A stretch of 64,000 bases of DNA from Spirochaetia bacterium (GTDB lineage Bacteria > Spirochaetota > Spirochaetia > CADAEX01). The notes beneath the pieces are model-generated. The model was not told the DNA's origin. It did no database searches and was given only the letters and a program-made list of their open reading frames with translations. The stretch spans positions 2,080,001 through 2,144,000 of the forward strand of contig OY759746.1 in assembly GCA_963662795.1 (NCBI GenBank). Direction: 5' to 3'. The translations under genes were made by a program, and so were the position numbers. This document shows, in pieces, positions 20,726-31,626 of the stretch (position 1 is the stretch's first letter; every line of letters begins with the position of its first letter).

Positions 20726-20980
20726 ATGAAATCTATTACCATACATGGAATTGATAATGAACTAGATAAGAAAATTGCAGAAAAGTCTGTAGAATTTGGG
20801 TTAAGCCAGAACCGAACAGTTAAGCATATCCTGAAAAGTTCATTATTTACTGATAAAAAAGTTTCTAAAAAGGATTCCTTTGCTGAGTTATTTGGTAAAT
20901 GGTCAACAAAAGAGAAAGAAGAATTTGATAAAAAAATCAGTGATTTTGAAGTAATAAATGAAATGGACTGGAAAAAATGA
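20726..20980 (+). CDS. RHH-type antitoxin of VapC (start after GGAGG)
   Basis: MKSITIHGID...; overlaps PIN toxin; paralog at 42276. Confidence 0.8.
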   Translation: MKSITIHGIDNELDKKIAEKSVEFGLSQNRTVKHILKSSLFTDKKVSKKDSFAELFGKWSTKEKEEFDKKISDFEVINEMDWKK

Positions 20981-21375
20981 CCAAGATATTACTTGATACA
21001 AATGCTTATAGTGAGTTTATGTCCGGAAACAAGTTGGTATTTGAATATATTATAGAAGCAGAAATAATCTATGTATCAACCATAATGATCGGAGAACTGT
21101 TTGCAGGTTTTCAGGGCGGGAGAAAATATACAGAAAATAAAGAAGATTTTAAGAAATTCATCAGCAAAGATGGAATAAAAATATTGAATGTTACAATTGA
21201 AACATCAGAAATATTTGGAGAAATCAAGGCGGAACTAAGTAAAAAAGGAAAAATGATACCATTAAATGATATTTGGATTGCTGCTCATACAATAGAAACA
21301 GGTTCAAAATTAATCACATATGATTCACACTTTAAACAGATAAATGCTTTAAGAATTTGGGAAGAATATAAATAG
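20977..21375 (+). CDS. vapC: VapC PIN-domain toxin
   Basis: ILLDTNAY...GEL...PLNDIWIAA...TYDSHF. Confidence 0.93.
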   Translation: MTKILLDTNAYSEFMSGNKLVFEYIIEAEIIYVSTIMIGELFAGFQGGRKYTENKEDFKKFISKDGIKILNVTIETSEIFGEIKAELSKKGKMIPLNDIWIAAHTIETGSKLITYDSHFKQINALRIWEEYK

Positions 21376-21506
21376 GGAAATTGTCCAATTACTGCTTCAA
21401 TAGAGTCAACACTTTGCTTTTTATAGGTTAAGAAAGTATTAAAAAGAAAAGGAAGTCCAGACCTTGGCTCCGCCCTAACGGCCTGGACAAGACGCGAAGG
21501 TACTGC

Positions 21507-21679
21507 AAATAACAGAGGATAATTCGCTACGCTCGGAGTACCTCGCTTGGCCTTCGGCATATTTTGCTATCATTAAAACAGTTCATATTATGTTTTTACT
21601 CTATTTAAATATATTTCTTAAAAACTATCCTGTTGAAAAAGGTTTTAGCAAAACATCGCTTATCCTCAGGACGTTATTT
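21507..21679 (+). repeat. Outer attC-like site 12, family B
   Basis: AAATAAC...GTTATTT; unit ~21455-21732. Confidence 0.88.
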
Positions 21680-21916
21680 GCAATACCTTCGCGAAGAGAA
21701 AATCGCCCGGGCCCCTGGCCGACGGGCGAGGAATACAGTGTAAAGGATTAGAGAATGTTTGAAATCAGGAAGTTTTATAAAGAAAAAGATCTTAATGATT
21801 TACTATTTGTAATTCAGGAATCATTTTTAACTGTCGCTAAAGATTTTAATCTGACAAAAGAAAATGCTCCAACAAATCCGGCATTTATAACAATGGATAA
21901 ATTAAAAGAATCAATT

Positions 21917-22946
21917 GATGGCCAGAAATTCCTAGCGCAATAAACTAATATTGTGACAGGAGTTTTAAGTGAGTTACAAAAGAATGAATCTCAATGAAAG
22001 AATGGCCATTTTTCAGATGATTTACACCAAAAGATTAAAGCTATCACAAATAGCAAGTAATCTTGGCCGAAGAGCTTCAAGTATTACAAGAGAAATAAAA
22101 CGCGGTACTGATGAAGGATATTACAATCCTTTAATTGCAGAGTATGAGCATTTAAGGCAAAGAAAAAATCAGAGCCCCAAATTAAAAATAGACAACAAGT
22201 CATGGCAGCTTATAAAACCCAAACTCCAACTCCGGTGGTCCCCACAGCAAATTGCCAAATGGCTGGAAATAAATTATCCTTCAGATAAAGTGAGTGATAA
22301 AACAATTTATAACTATGTCCATTTCCACATGAGGGGAGAGCTTAAAAAACTAGCGCTTAAAGATTTAAGGCTCAAGGGAAAGAAAAGAAAGAGTGCAAAT
22401 AAGGACGAAAAACGGGGTAAATTAAAAGATATTACCCTTATAGACGAAAGGCCTGCTGAAATTAACTCACGGAAAGTTCCAGGACACTGGGAAGGAGATC
22501 TTCTCATTGGAAAGGACCATAAATCAGCAATCTGCGTAATAGTTGAACGTAAAACTAGGTTTATCCAGCTTGATCTGTTAAAAACATATGATGCAAATAC
22601 AGTAAGAAAAACAATAGAGAAAAGGTTTAAGAAGATATCTCCTCTTCTAAGAAAATCTCTGACTCTTGATCAGGGTAAAGAGAACAGTGAGTTCAAAAAA
22701 CTCAAAGAAAATCTTAATATTGATGTATACTTTTGCCATCCGGCATCTCCCTGGGAAAAGGGAACATGTGAAAACACAAATGGCTTGATTCGTGATATGC
22801 TTGATGAAGTAGATGATTTCAGAAAGCTTTCGCAGTATGATGTATCACGAGTAGCAAGGCTATTGAATGAGAGGCCAAGAAAAACTCTTGACTTCATAAC
22901 ACCTAAAGAAGCTATTGCCAATTTGCGCTAGGAATTTCTGTGCACA
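21917..22946 (+). mobile_element. IS30 family element (1030 bp), 3-bp target duplication ATT
   Basis: IR core CAGAAATTCCTAGCGCAA at both ends; ends defined by comparison with copy at 39443-40472. Confidence 0.9.
21969..22931 (+). CDS. IS30 family transposase
   Basis: WSPQQIA, GHWEGDL, TLDQGKE, PWEKGTCENTNGLIR. Confidence 0.95.
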   Translation: MSYKRMNLNERMAIFQMIYTKRLKLSQIASNLGRRASSITREIKRGTDEGYYNPLIAEYEHLRQRKNQSPKLKIDNKSWQLIKPKLQLRWSPQQIAKWLEINYPSDKVSDKTIYNYVHFHMRGELKKLALKDLRLKGKKRKSANKDEKRGKLKDITLIDERPAEINSRKVPGHWEGDLLIGKDHKSAICVIVERKTRFIQLDLLKTYDANTVRKTIEKRFKKISPLLRKSLTLDQGKENSEFKKLKENLNIDVYFCHPASPWEKGTCENTNGLIRDMLDEVDDFRKLSQYDVSRVARLLNERPRKTLDFITPKEAIANLR

Positions 22947-23294
22947 ATTAAAAATAATTTAGATTTTTATATTTTAGCAGAAAGCAATAGAATAATAGGC
23001 TGCATAGGAATACAACCAGGAAAAAAAAGAAAAAGAATATTATATTGAGAGATTGGTAGTTCTTCCTGAATATAGACATTTTGGATATGGCAAAAAGCTA
23101 CTTGATAAAGCATTTAATGAGATAAGAGAAAGAAAAGCAAGATATGTAAGTATAGGTATAATTAATGAAAATACAGTATTAAAAAGATGGTATCTTCAAA
23201 ATGGATTCATAGAATACGAAACGAAAAAATATGATCATCTACCTTTTACAGTGTGTTTGCTGGGTATGGATTTAGAAAAAGAAAAGAAATATAA

Positions 23295-23684
23295 ATGAAG
23301 ATTGCAGAAAAACTAAAAGAAAAATCTAAAAAAATAAAAACCCAGCTTTTAACAGTTTATTATGCATATAAAAATCCGGAAATAAAGCTTTTGCCGAGAA
23401 TTATTATTGGGATTGCGATAGCTTATGCATTAAGTCCAATAGATATAATTCCAGATTTTATTCCTGTAATAGGGTATTTAGATGATTTAATAATAATTCC
23501 TGCATTACTTAGTTTAGCAATAAAAATGATTCCAAAAGAAATAATGGAAGAATCAAGGAAAAGAGCAGAGGATGGATCAATAAAACTAAAACATAATTGG
23601 ACGCTCGCAGTAATATTTATTTTAATATGGATTTATTTGATAGTTATAATTACTAAAATATTGCTAAAATTTATAAATCGTTAA
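23295..23684 (+). CDS. YkvA/DUF1232 membrane protein
   Basis: YALSPIDIIPDFIPVIGYLDD. Confidence 0.9.
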   Translation: MKIAEKLKEKSKKIKTQLLTVYYAYKNPEIKLLPRIIIGIAIAYALSPIDIIPDFIPVIGYLDDLIIIPALLSLAIKMIPKEIMEESRKRAEDGSIKLKHNWTLAVIFILIWIYLIVIITKILLKFINR

Positions 23685-23752
23685 TAAGAAAGGATAAAAA
23701 GTCCAGACCTTGCCTCCGGCCTATCGGTCAGGACAAGACGCGAAGGTACTGC

Positions 23753-23945
23753 AAATAACAGCGATTATTTCGCTGCGCTCCCGATGGTCGCTTGGGCTCC
23801 TGCCAGATGAGCTGGCAGATCGCCATATTTTGTTTTAATAAAACTGGAACAACATGTATTCTATGCTTTTTAAGTTTGAAAAAATTTAAATAAAAGTATT
23901 TTAGAGTTTAGCCACAAAACATCGCATAATCGCGAGACGTTATAA
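23753..23945 (+). repeat. Outer attC-like site 13, family A
   Basis: AAATAAC...GTTATAA; unit ~23701-23997. Confidence 0.9.
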
Positions 23946-24095
23946 GCAATGTTCCCGCAAGAGGAAATCGCCCGGACCTCCGGCCGACGGGCGAGGAAAT
24001 AAAAATTGCTGTATGATATAATTTATGTACGAGATAAATAATTTTCTTATCATCTTATTGTACTACTGACGCCTTCGGCGTAAAAGAGATAAAAA

Positions 24096-25034
24096 ATGAA
24101 TATTAAATTAAGTGAAAAATTCCATAGGGTTATAATTTCATCTCCAAACTTGTTAACTAAGAAGTATAAATACAAAAATGTCTTTCAATTACTACCACCA
24201 AATAAAAAATGGTATAGAACAGATTTTGTTCAAATTAATTATCCGTTAATATTAGAATTTAATAGCTCTTTTCAAAGAGAATATAATTATAAAAATGAAG
24301 TAAATACAAAGAAAAAAGCTGCTCTTGATTTAATTAATGAGTTTGATACTAGTACATTTAACTTTAAAAAAGAGTTGATCTATTTATTGACAGTATTTAG
24401 TTTTTGCTTTTTTCAGGATAATATCAATCTTGGCAAACATAATCGCGCTTGGTATGGGGAAAAATATTTTATTTCTGATTTTCAAACGCGAAACATTGAT
24501 CAAGTAACCAAAGATGAAATTTATAAGTGTTTTGACGAAAACAAACTGATGGGTTATGAAATTAAATTTCCAATGATTATTGGAGATTTGTTGGATCAAT
24601 ATTTTCTGTTTTCTGGTGAAATACTAGATGTTACTCGTAGAGCAATATTATTGTTCTATAAGTCATTTGAAATAGCACCCTATTCATATAGTATGAGCCT
24701 TGTATCAATGATTTCTGCTATTGAGGCGATTATTCGATTTGAAAATAGTGATATTGAAAATGAAATTTGTAAAGAATGTAAAAATATCAAATATAGAATT
24801 ACAAAACAGTTTAATGATTTCCTAATTAAATATTCAGGTGAAAACAATAAAAGGAAAAAAAAGAAATATATTAACTATCTATATGATTTGCGTAGTAAAG
24901 TTGTACATAATGGGTTTTTGTTTTATACCGATTACTCATTTGATTCAGAAGATAATCTTCTTGATATTAGACTAGAAAACATAAGGTATTTTTTAATACA
25001 TTGTTTTATGAATTGGATTATCTTAAAAGAATAG
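24096..25034 (+). CDS. HEPN-domain protein (ApeA-like C-terminus)
   Basis: SAIEAI...CKEC...LYDLRSKVVHNG (RxxxxH). Confidence 0.72.
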   Translation: MNIKLSEKFHRVIISSPNLLTKKYKYKNVFQLLPPNKKWYRTDFVQINYPLILEFNSSFQREYNYKNEVNTKKKAALDLINEFDTSTFNFKKELIYLLTVFSFCFFQDNINLGKHNRAWYGEKYFISDFQTRNIDQVTKDEIYKCFDENKLMGYEIKFPMIIGDLLDQYFLFSGEILDVTRRAILLFYKSFEIAPYSYSMSLVSMISAIEAIIRFENSDIENEICKECKNIKYRITKQFNDFLIKYSGENNKRKKKKYINYLYDLRSKVVHNGFLFYTDYSFDSEDNLLDIRLENIRYFLIHCFMNWIILKE

Positions 25035-25129
25035 TCGAACAACTTGTACAGGTAGAGTAATTGTCTGACAATTAAAGAAGTCCGGCCTTGGCTCCGCCGT
25101 ACGGCCTGGACAAGAAGCGGGAACACTGC

Positions 25130-25284
25130 TTATAACAGCGAATGGCCGGTTTCGGCTGTTTCTGAAAAAACCAGCCTCAACCCAAATTGCCGGAATAAAT
25201 AGTGGTACAGATTGATGAATACAAAATAAGCTTAAAGGGTAACAAATAACAACGGCAACTTCGGTCATTCGCGGGACGTTATAG
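25130..25284 (+). repeat. Outer attC-like site 14, family C
   Basis: TTATAAC...GTTATAG; unit ~25080-25337. Confidence 0.88.
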
Positions 25285-25388
25285 GCAATACCTCCGCGAA
25301 GAGAAGATCGCCCGGACCTCCGGTCAACGGGCGAGGAAGTATCTTTTTATGATAACTGATAATTGATAATGTAAATAAAGATAATATT

Positions 25389-26090
25389 ATGACAAGAACA
25401 GAAAGACTTTTAGAAATCATAGAAATATTAAGGCGAAGCAAATTTGCTGTGACTGCAAATGAACTTTCCAAAAGATTTGAAATAAGCATTAGATCAATAT
25501 ACCGTGATATTTCAATATTGCAGTCACAAGGTGTTCCAATTGAAGGTGGAACTGGTGTAGGTTATATATTACGTAAAGGATATACCTTACCACCATTAAT
25601 GTTTACTATTGATGAAATAGAGGCACTTATCCTTGGCATAAAATGGGTCTCAGTTTCAACAGATGAAAGCTTATCAATGGCTTCAAAAAACGCCTTAATG
25701 AAAATTAGTACTGTTATCCCTAAAGCTTTAAAAAGTAAATATACAACTACCAGTATTTTAATTAATAATAGATATAAGCCAGTAATTGATAATCAACTAA
25801 TTACTATTATCCGTACTGCAATTAAAGAAAACTGGAAGATACAAATTCAATATAAAAATCACCAAGCTATACAAAGTATTCGTACCATTTGGCCAATTGC
25901 AATCGGGTTTTTTGAAAATGCTCAAATAATAGCTGGTTGGTGTGAAAAAAGATCGGCTTTTAGGCATTTTAGAACAGATAGAATTATCAAATGTGTATTA
26001 ATAAAAGAAAAATATCCCATACCTCAAAAAATGCTATTTGCAAAGTGGAAAGAAAGCGAAAAAATAATACTCGATGATATTGAAATATAA
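25389..26090 (+). CDS. YafY-like HTH-WYL transcriptional regulator
   Basis: MTRTERL..., SIRSIYRDI HTH, LPPLMFT, GWCEKRSAFRHFRTDRI. Confidence 0.92.
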   Translation: MTRTERLLEIIEILRRSKFAVTANELSKRFEISIRSIYRDISILQSQGVPIEGGTGVGYILRKGYTLPPLMFTIDEIEALILGIKWVSVSTDESLSMASKNALMKISTVIPKALKSKYTTTSILINNRYKPVIDNQLITIIRTAIKENWKIQIQYKNHQAIQSIRTIWPIAIGFFENAQIIAGWCEKRSAFRHFRTDRIIKCVLIKEKYPIPQKMLFAKWKESEKIILDDIEI

Positions 26091-26178
26091 TGGTTACTGA
26101 CAAAAACTGACATGTTTCCTTGTTAATATTAATATTAAACAGAGTTGTGTATAAAATATTAGTAAAAGGAGCAGTGCT

Positions 26179-27138
26179 ATGAACAAAATGAAAGCATCAG
26201 TAATCAGAAGATTTGGAGGAGAGAATGAATTAGTAATTGATTATTTACCTATACCAATCATTGATGATAATCAAGTGCTTATTAAATTAGAGTATGCTGG
26301 AGTAGGGGCATGGGACATTTTTGAGCGAGAAGGTGGATATTCAAAAATGCTTGGAATTATACCATCATTCCCTTATATTTTGGGTTCTGAAGGAGCTGGG
26401 ACTGTCATAGAAGTTGGAAAAAATGTGACTAGATTTAAAACCGAAGATAAAGTTTCAGCCGCAGGATTTCTTAATCCCAAAGGTGGTTTTTATGCGGAAT
26501 ATGTTGCAGTAGATGAAGAAGTAGTTTCAAGAATTCCCATTGGTTATAACTTTTGTGAGGCAAGTGTTATATTGGGAGTAGGAATAACTGCATTAAGAGG
26601 ATTAACTGATGTTTTAAAAATAAAAGCAAATGAAAATATTTGTATAGTTGGAGCAAGTGGTGGGATAGGACACATAGCAGTTCAACTAGCAAAAGGTATG
26701 GGTGCAAATATCTGTGCGATTGTGTCCGGAAATGATGGAATTGAATTAGTAAAAAAATACGGTATTGAAATAATTATTGAAAGACAAGAGAGCGATTTAA
26801 TTAATAAAATAAAAAAAATGGGATTTAAATATTTTGATAAAATTCTGCTAACTGCTGGTGGTAATGTGTCTGATAAAATATGTCAAATGGTAGAACCCGG
26901 TGGGTTGGTAGGTTTTCCATCAGGAGTATTTCCAGAACCACAAGAAGGAAAAGATATAATTATTGAAAAATACAATGGAGAACCAGATAGAGATATAATT
27001 AATAGAATAATAAAATTGGTAGAAAAAAATCAAATAAAACCAAATATTCATCGTATTTTTCAATTAAATGAAGCATCGACAGCACATCAATTTATAAAAA
27101 ATCATTACTTGGGAAAAATTGCATTGAAAATATATTGA
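26179..27138 (+). CDS. NADP-dependent (quinone) oxidoreductase, MDR superfamily
   Basis: PYILGSEGAG, GFYAEY, GASGGIG, GKIAL. Confidence 0.9.
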   Translation: MNKMKASVIRRFGGENELVIDYLPIPIIDDNQVLIKLEYAGVGAWDIFEREGGYSKMLGIIPSFPYILGSEGAGTVIEVGKNVTRFKTEDKVSAAGFLNPKGGFYAEYVAVDEEVVSRIPIGYNFCEASVILGVGITALRGLTDVLKIKANENICIVGASGGIGHIAVQLAKGMGANICAIVSGNDGIELVKKYGIEIIIERQESDLINKIKKMGFKYFDKILLTAGGNVSDKICQMVEPGGLVGFPSGVFPEPQEGKDIIIEKYNGEPDRDIINRIIKLVEKNQIKPNIHRIFQLNEASTAHQFIKNHYLGKIALKIY

Positions 27139-27241
27139 TTTTTTTAAAAATAAAAAATAGCTATCAATTAAATTCAATTGTTTAAAGAAAGTTCAGCCCT
27201 TGGCGTTGCCGTGCGGGCTGAACAAGACGCGGAGGTACTGC

Positions 27242-27395
27242 CTATAACAGCGAATGACCGGTTCCGGCTGTTTCTAAGGAAACAGCCTCCACCCAAATTG
27301 CCGAAATAATACATGTTAAGAATAATGGAATAGAGTATAAACTTTTGGAGTGAAAAACACCATCGGCAACTTCGGTCATTCGCGAGACGTTATAC
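27242..27395 (+). repeat. Outer attC-like site 15, family C
   Basis: CTATAAC...GTTATAC; unit ~27191-27471. Confidence 0.88.
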
Positions 27396-27562
27396 GAAAA
27401 ATCGCGCCAAGAGGCTATAATTTCGCCCCTAGGAAACAGGGGAAAAGCCCGGCGTCCTGCCGGGCTTAAGAAATGATTTTACAGATATTACACATTAAAA
27501 GTATTGAAAAAATAATAAAAAGTGTGTATAATAAAAGAAAGTAATACACATGGAGAAGAAAT

Positions 27563-27757
27563 ATGCGTACAAATATTGTAATTGATGACATTTTAATGAA
27601 TGAAGCTATAGCATTATCTGGAAATAAAACAAAGAAAGAAACAGTAGAAGAAGCTTTGAAAATATTGATTCAATTTAAGAATCAATCATCAATAAGATCA
27701 TTTAGGGGAAAATTAAAATGGGAAGGTGATCTTGAGAAAATGAGAAAAGACACATGA
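27563..27757 (+). CDS. vapB: VapB antitoxin
   Basis: MRTNIVIDD...WEGDLEKMR. Confidence 0.9.
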   Translation: MRTNIVIDDILMNEAIALSGNKTKKETVEEALKILIQFKNQSSIRSFRGKLKWEGDLEKMRKDT

Positions 27758-28146
27758 TTGTAGCAGATACATCTGTATGGATTGATTATTTCAATGGAGT
27801 CATTGCAGAACATACAGATAGACTTGATTCGGACTTGGAATCGAATAGAATAATCATTGGAGATTTGATAATTGCAGAATTGCTACAGGGTTTTAAAACA
27901 GATAAAGAATATAATTCTGCAAAGAAATTGATTGAAAACCTGGAGTATAGAGATTTTATAGGGAAGGAAATAGCAATAAAAACAGCAGATAATTATAGGT
28001 ATCTTAGGAAAAAAGGGATAACAGTAAGAAAAACAATAGATGTAATAATAGCTACGTTTTGTATAGAGAATAATTATCAGCTTATTCATAATGATAGAGA
28101 TTTTGATGCATTGGAGAAGTATCTAGGTCTTAAAGTAAGAAAATAA
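27754..28146 (+). CDS. vapC: VapC PIN-domain toxin
   Basis: IVADTSVWID...ELLQG...TIDVIIA...HNDRDF. Confidence 0.93.
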   Translation: MIVADTSVWIDYFNGVIAEHTDRLDSDLESNRIIIGDLIIAELLQGFKTDKEYNSAKKLIENLEYRDFIGKEIAIKTADNYRYLRKKGITVRKTIDVIIATFCIENNYQLIHNDRDFDALEKYLGLKVRK

Positions 28147-28262
28147 AAAAGAAAAAAATATTAATAATATTTAACTAAAGATACCTTGAAAAGACCCACT
28201 TTCGCACGTCCTGTGCTCAAGCGAAGAGGGGCGAAATTAGGAGGAAGACGGCGCGGTTCATC

Positions 28263-28417
28263 GTATAACAGCGAATGGCCGGTTTCGGCTGTTTCTGAAG
28301 AAACCAGCCTCAACCCAAATTGCCGGAATAAATAGTGGTACAAATTGATGATTACAAAATAAGCTTGAAGGGTAACAAATAACAGCGGCAACTTCGGTCA
28401 TTCGCGGGACGTTATAA
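28263..28417 (+). repeat. Outer attC-like site 16, family C
   Basis: GTATAAC...GTTATAA; unit ~28197-28469. Confidence 0.88.
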
Positions 28418-28562
28418 GCAATGTTCCCGCAAGAGGAGATCGCCCGGACCTCCGGCCGACGGGCGAGGACATGCAATTTAATGATTATAATTTTAAATAT
28501 AAAACACTACAAATAAAAATAGTTAATAATGAATATTTTATCGCAAATGTATTGAGATAATC

Positions 28563-29792
28563 ATGAATGACATTAAGTACAAGTATGCTTTAGATGAACA
28601 AAATAATGTAATATCAATATCAAGTATTAATGCAGTTAATTTTAAAAATAATTATATTTGCCCTTCGTGTAATAAAAAGCTAAGGCCCAGAATAGGGAAT
28701 ATTAGAGTACATCATTTTTATCATCCACATAAAAATGATGTATATTCCTGTAGTATTGAAAGTTACTTACATACGATTTCCAAAAAACTACTTTATGAAA
28801 AATTAATAAAATTATTTAATGAAAAAAAATCATATATTGTAAATATTTATAATAAAATTATTGTTTTTGACACAAGCGGCAAAGTTATTAAAACAGAAAT
28901 TAGTAAGGAAAAATCACCTTATGATATTTTAAATAATTCTGTAAAAATATATTTAGAAAAAGTAATTGGAGAATACAAGCCTGATATATTGATTGAATAT
29001 GTAAATATAGAACCACTTTTTCTTGAGATAAAAGTCACGCATAAAAGTTCGATCAAAAAGATAATTAATAATAGAATTATAGAAATAAATATAACTGAAG
29101 AAGCAGATATAAGACGAATACTTAACCACTTAGATGAAAATAAAGACGAATTAATAAATTTTGATAAATATCGTAAAATAATTGAAAAATATATTAGTAC
29201 TGTTTCTGAAATACCTAAGCAAAATGTTACTGAAGAAATAAAAAAGCAAGTAATTAAAATTGAGAGAAAAATCACTTATTCTGAAAAAAAAGAAATATTA
29301 ACTAAAATATGTGAGGATTTTAATAAACATGCTTTAGTACTGTCTGTAAAGTATGTTTTTGATAAAATACTTGGCGGGAATTACAGAGAACGTATTACAA
29401 CAATATTTTTAAGCGATTTTTATAGCAGTATAAAAATTATTGAAAAAGATGCAATATACTGTGAATTAGCAAATATCGATAATAAGAAATTAATTATTGG
29501 TTTTAGTGATTTAAATAAAGAAGTATATAAGAATAATTTATATGTAATACTATATGAAAAAAATACTTTTTATCAAATACTAGATAGTGTAAATGTTATG
29601 AAAAATAATGTTGTTATTGATTTTAACAATTTTAATGATAATTACATTTTTAAAATATCATGCTTTATGCCTAAAGGGCATTATTCATCAATAATTAAAG
29701 AGTTCAAGTATAGTGAATTTATAAAACTTATAAACAAAAATGAAATAGAATTAATAAATATTGAATGCATACGCAAACTACAAAATATATAA
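28563..29792 (+). CDS. CoiA-like zinc-finger + PD-(D/E)xK nuclease protein
   Basis: YICPSC...HHFYH...ESYLH; YKPDILI...FLEIKVTH. Confidence 0.72.
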   Translation: MNDIKYKYALDEQNNVISISSINAVNFKNNYICPSCNKKLRPRIGNIRVHHFYHPHKNDVYSCSIESYLHTISKKLLYEKLIKLFNEKKSYIVNIYNKIIVFDTSGKVIKTEISKEKSPYDILNNSVKIYLEKVIGEYKPDILIEYVNIEPLFLEIKVTHKSSIKKIINNRIIEINITEEADIRRILNHLDENKDELINFDKYRKIIEKYISTVSEIPKQNVTEEIKKQVIKIERKITYSEKKEILTKICEDFNKHALVLSVKYVFDKILGGNYRERITTIFLSDFYSSIKIIEKDAIYCELANIDNKKLIIGFSDLNKEVYKNNLYVILYEKNTFYQILDSVNVMKNNVVIDFNNFNDNYIFKISCFMPKGHYSSIIKEFKYSEFIKLINKNEIELINIECIRKLQNI

Positions 29793-29884
29793 AAGGTTAT
29801 ATAGAGCGAGTAATTACTTGATAGTAGTTGGAGTCCAGCCTTGGCTTCCAGCCGTGCGGCCTGGACAAGAAGCGGGAACACAGC

Positions 29885-30038
29885 TTATAACAGCGAATGG
29901 CCGGTTCCGGCTGTTTCTAAGGAAGCAGCCTCCACCCAAATTGCCGAAATAATAAATGTTAAGAATAATGGAATAGAGTATAAACTTTTGAAGTAAAAGA
30001 CACCATCGGCAACTTCGGTCATTAGCGGGACGTTATCC
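29885..30038 (+). repeat. Outer attC-like site 17, family C
   Basis: TTATAAC...GTTATCC; unit ~29833-30090. Confidence 0.88.
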
Positions 30039-30127
30039 ACAATATCATCGCAAGAGGAAATCGCCCGGACCTCCGGCCAACGGGCGAAGAAAATAGAATC
30101 TGCTGTATATTATACTTTAGACATAAC

Positions 30128-30161
30128 ATATATAGTTTACTAGTTATTTAATATATTAGGT
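30128..30161 (+). other. Cassette-internal attI-like landing site (carrier 3; core mutated to ATT)
   Basis: ATATATAGTTTACTAGTTATTTAATAT-ATTAGGT. Confidence 0.65.
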
Positions 30162-30183
30162 TCACTTAAAATAAATAAAGCTG

Positions 30184-31179
30184 GTGGTTATGAAAGCGAG
30201 ATATCAACAGGTATTAGATAAAAGTAAAGCGGCATTATTATCCGCAATTGAGCTTTATAATAAGCCACAGTATCTATATCGTGAAGAATCTTTTGCAATA
30301 TTATGTATAAATGCATATGAATTACTTTTTAAAGCAAAATGGCTTCATCTTCATAATAATAAATTAAACAGCCTATATACTTATGAATATAGAATTACAA
30401 AGAGTGGAAAAAAGTCAAAGAAAAAAACAATAAAAACAACAAGAAGCAATAATCCATTAACCCGCGAAATTAGTTATCTAGCAAATAAACTAATCGAACA
30501 GAAATTTTTAAATGGTATATTATGGGCTAATGTTCAATTACTTTTAGAAATTAGAGATTGTTCAATTCATTATTACAATAAAAATAATGCTTTATTACTA
30601 AAATTACATCAGGTTGCTTTAGCTTCAGTTAAAAATTTTGGAATTTTATTAAGAAACTGGTTTCCTGATGAATTGTCTGATTTTTCTACATCAATATTGC
30701 CAATTGCAATTATGGATAATGTACAGGAGAGTGATATTATTAGTTTAGAAAAAGATGAAGTACAAATAATACAGTTTATCCAAGCATATGAAGAAACCTT
30801 CAATGATGAAGAATCAGAATTTTCAATTTCACTTTCATTATCGTTAAACCTAAAAAAAGCAAAACCTGGTGAAGCCGTGATAGTAAGAATTGGAAATACA
30901 TCAGATATTAAATTACCAACAGTTAGGCTTTCAGATGAGCAAATTAGAGAGAGATATCCAATAACATATAATGAATTGAGTCGGAAATTAAGGTTAAGAT
31001 ATAGTGATTTTAAAATGGACTCTAAGTATCATGAATTGAGAAAGGCAATAACCAATAATAAAAAGTATTGTTATATTAGAGAGCTAGATCCAGGAAATGA
31101 AAAAACTCAAAAAAAACAATTCTATAGTAATGCAATAATTGAATATTTTGACCAAAATTATGAAAAAAAAGGAATCTAA
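30184..31179 (+). CDS. DUF3644-like (HEPN-related) protein
   Basis: KSKAALLSAIELYNKP...REESFAIL..NAYELLFKA; EIRDCSIH. Confidence 0.75.
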   Translation: MVMKARYQQVLDKSKAALLSAIELYNKPQYLYREESFAILCINAYELLFKAKWLHLHNNKLNSLYTYEYRITKSGKKSKKKTIKTTRSNNPLTREISYLANKLIEQKFLNGILWANVQLLLEIRDCSIHYYNKNNALLLKLHQVALASVKNFGILLRNWFPDELSDFSTSILPIAIMDNVQESDIISLEKDEVQIIQFIQAYEETFNDEESEFSISLSLSLNLKKAKPGEAVIVRIGNTSDIKLPTVRLSDEQIRERYPITYNELSRKLRLRYSDFKMDSKYHELRKAITNNKKYCYIRELDPGNEKTQKKQFYSNAIIEYFDQNYEKKGI

Positions 31180-31229
31180 TAACCTTTCACTGCGTTTGGG
31201 CGCAATTACAGGTTAAGCGAATGTTAAAA
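31174..31229 (+). repeat. Degenerate/shortened inner attC
   Basis: ATCTAAT...CAGGTTAAGCGAAT-GTTAAAA; right arm resembles the 13811 site. Confidence 0.6.
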
Positions 31230-31304
31230 AAAATAAAAATAGAAACGGGGGAAGTCCGGCCTTGGCGTTGCCGTGCGGCCTGGACAAGAAGCGATGATAC
31301 TAGT

Positions 31305-31476
31305 GGATAACAGAGGATACTGCGCTACGCTCGGAGTACCTCGCTTGGCCTGCGGCACACATCGTAGATTTTGAACTAAAACATCTATAAACAACAAATT
31401 TTTGAAGAAAAATACTGCAACCTTGAAATATTAACTCTTAGGCTACGATGCGTCGCTTATCCTCAGGACGTTATCC
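31305..31476 (+). repeat. Outer attC-like site 18, family B
   Basis: GGATAAC...GTTATCC; unit ~31254-31528. Confidence 0.88.
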
Positions 31477-31565
31477 ACAATATCATCGCAAGAGAACGCC
31501 GCCCGGACCTCCGGCCAACGGGCGAAGAAAATAGAATTTGCTGTATAATATACTTTATACATATC

Positions 31566-31599
31566 ATATATGGTTTTCTAGTTATTTAATATGTTATGT
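31566..31599 (+). other. Cassette-internal attI-like landing site (carrier 4)
   Basis: ATATATGGTTTTCTAGTTATTTAATAT-GTTATGT. Confidence 0.72.
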
Positions 31600-31626
31600 T
31601 TCAAAAAAGTTGGAGGTTAATAATTA

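Larger units (their letters stand above)
21755..23298 (+). pseudogene. GNAT acetyltransferase interrupted by IS30 and additionally frameshifted in an A-run near 23021
   Basis: N-part TVAKDFNLTKENAPTNPAF; C-part VLPEYRHFGYGKKLL...WYLQNGF. Confidence 0.83.

Noticed and set aside
24065-24081. Small hairpin ACGCCTTCGGCGT and similar fragments at ~50392-50420 and ~58808-58825 as further inner att remnants
   Set aside because: No matching R''/R' pair or landing-site motif, so too weak to call.
26096-26115. Operator for the WYL regulator (CTGACAAAAACTGACA)
   Set aside because: Plausible direct repeat between regulator and target gene, but a single short instance is insufficient.
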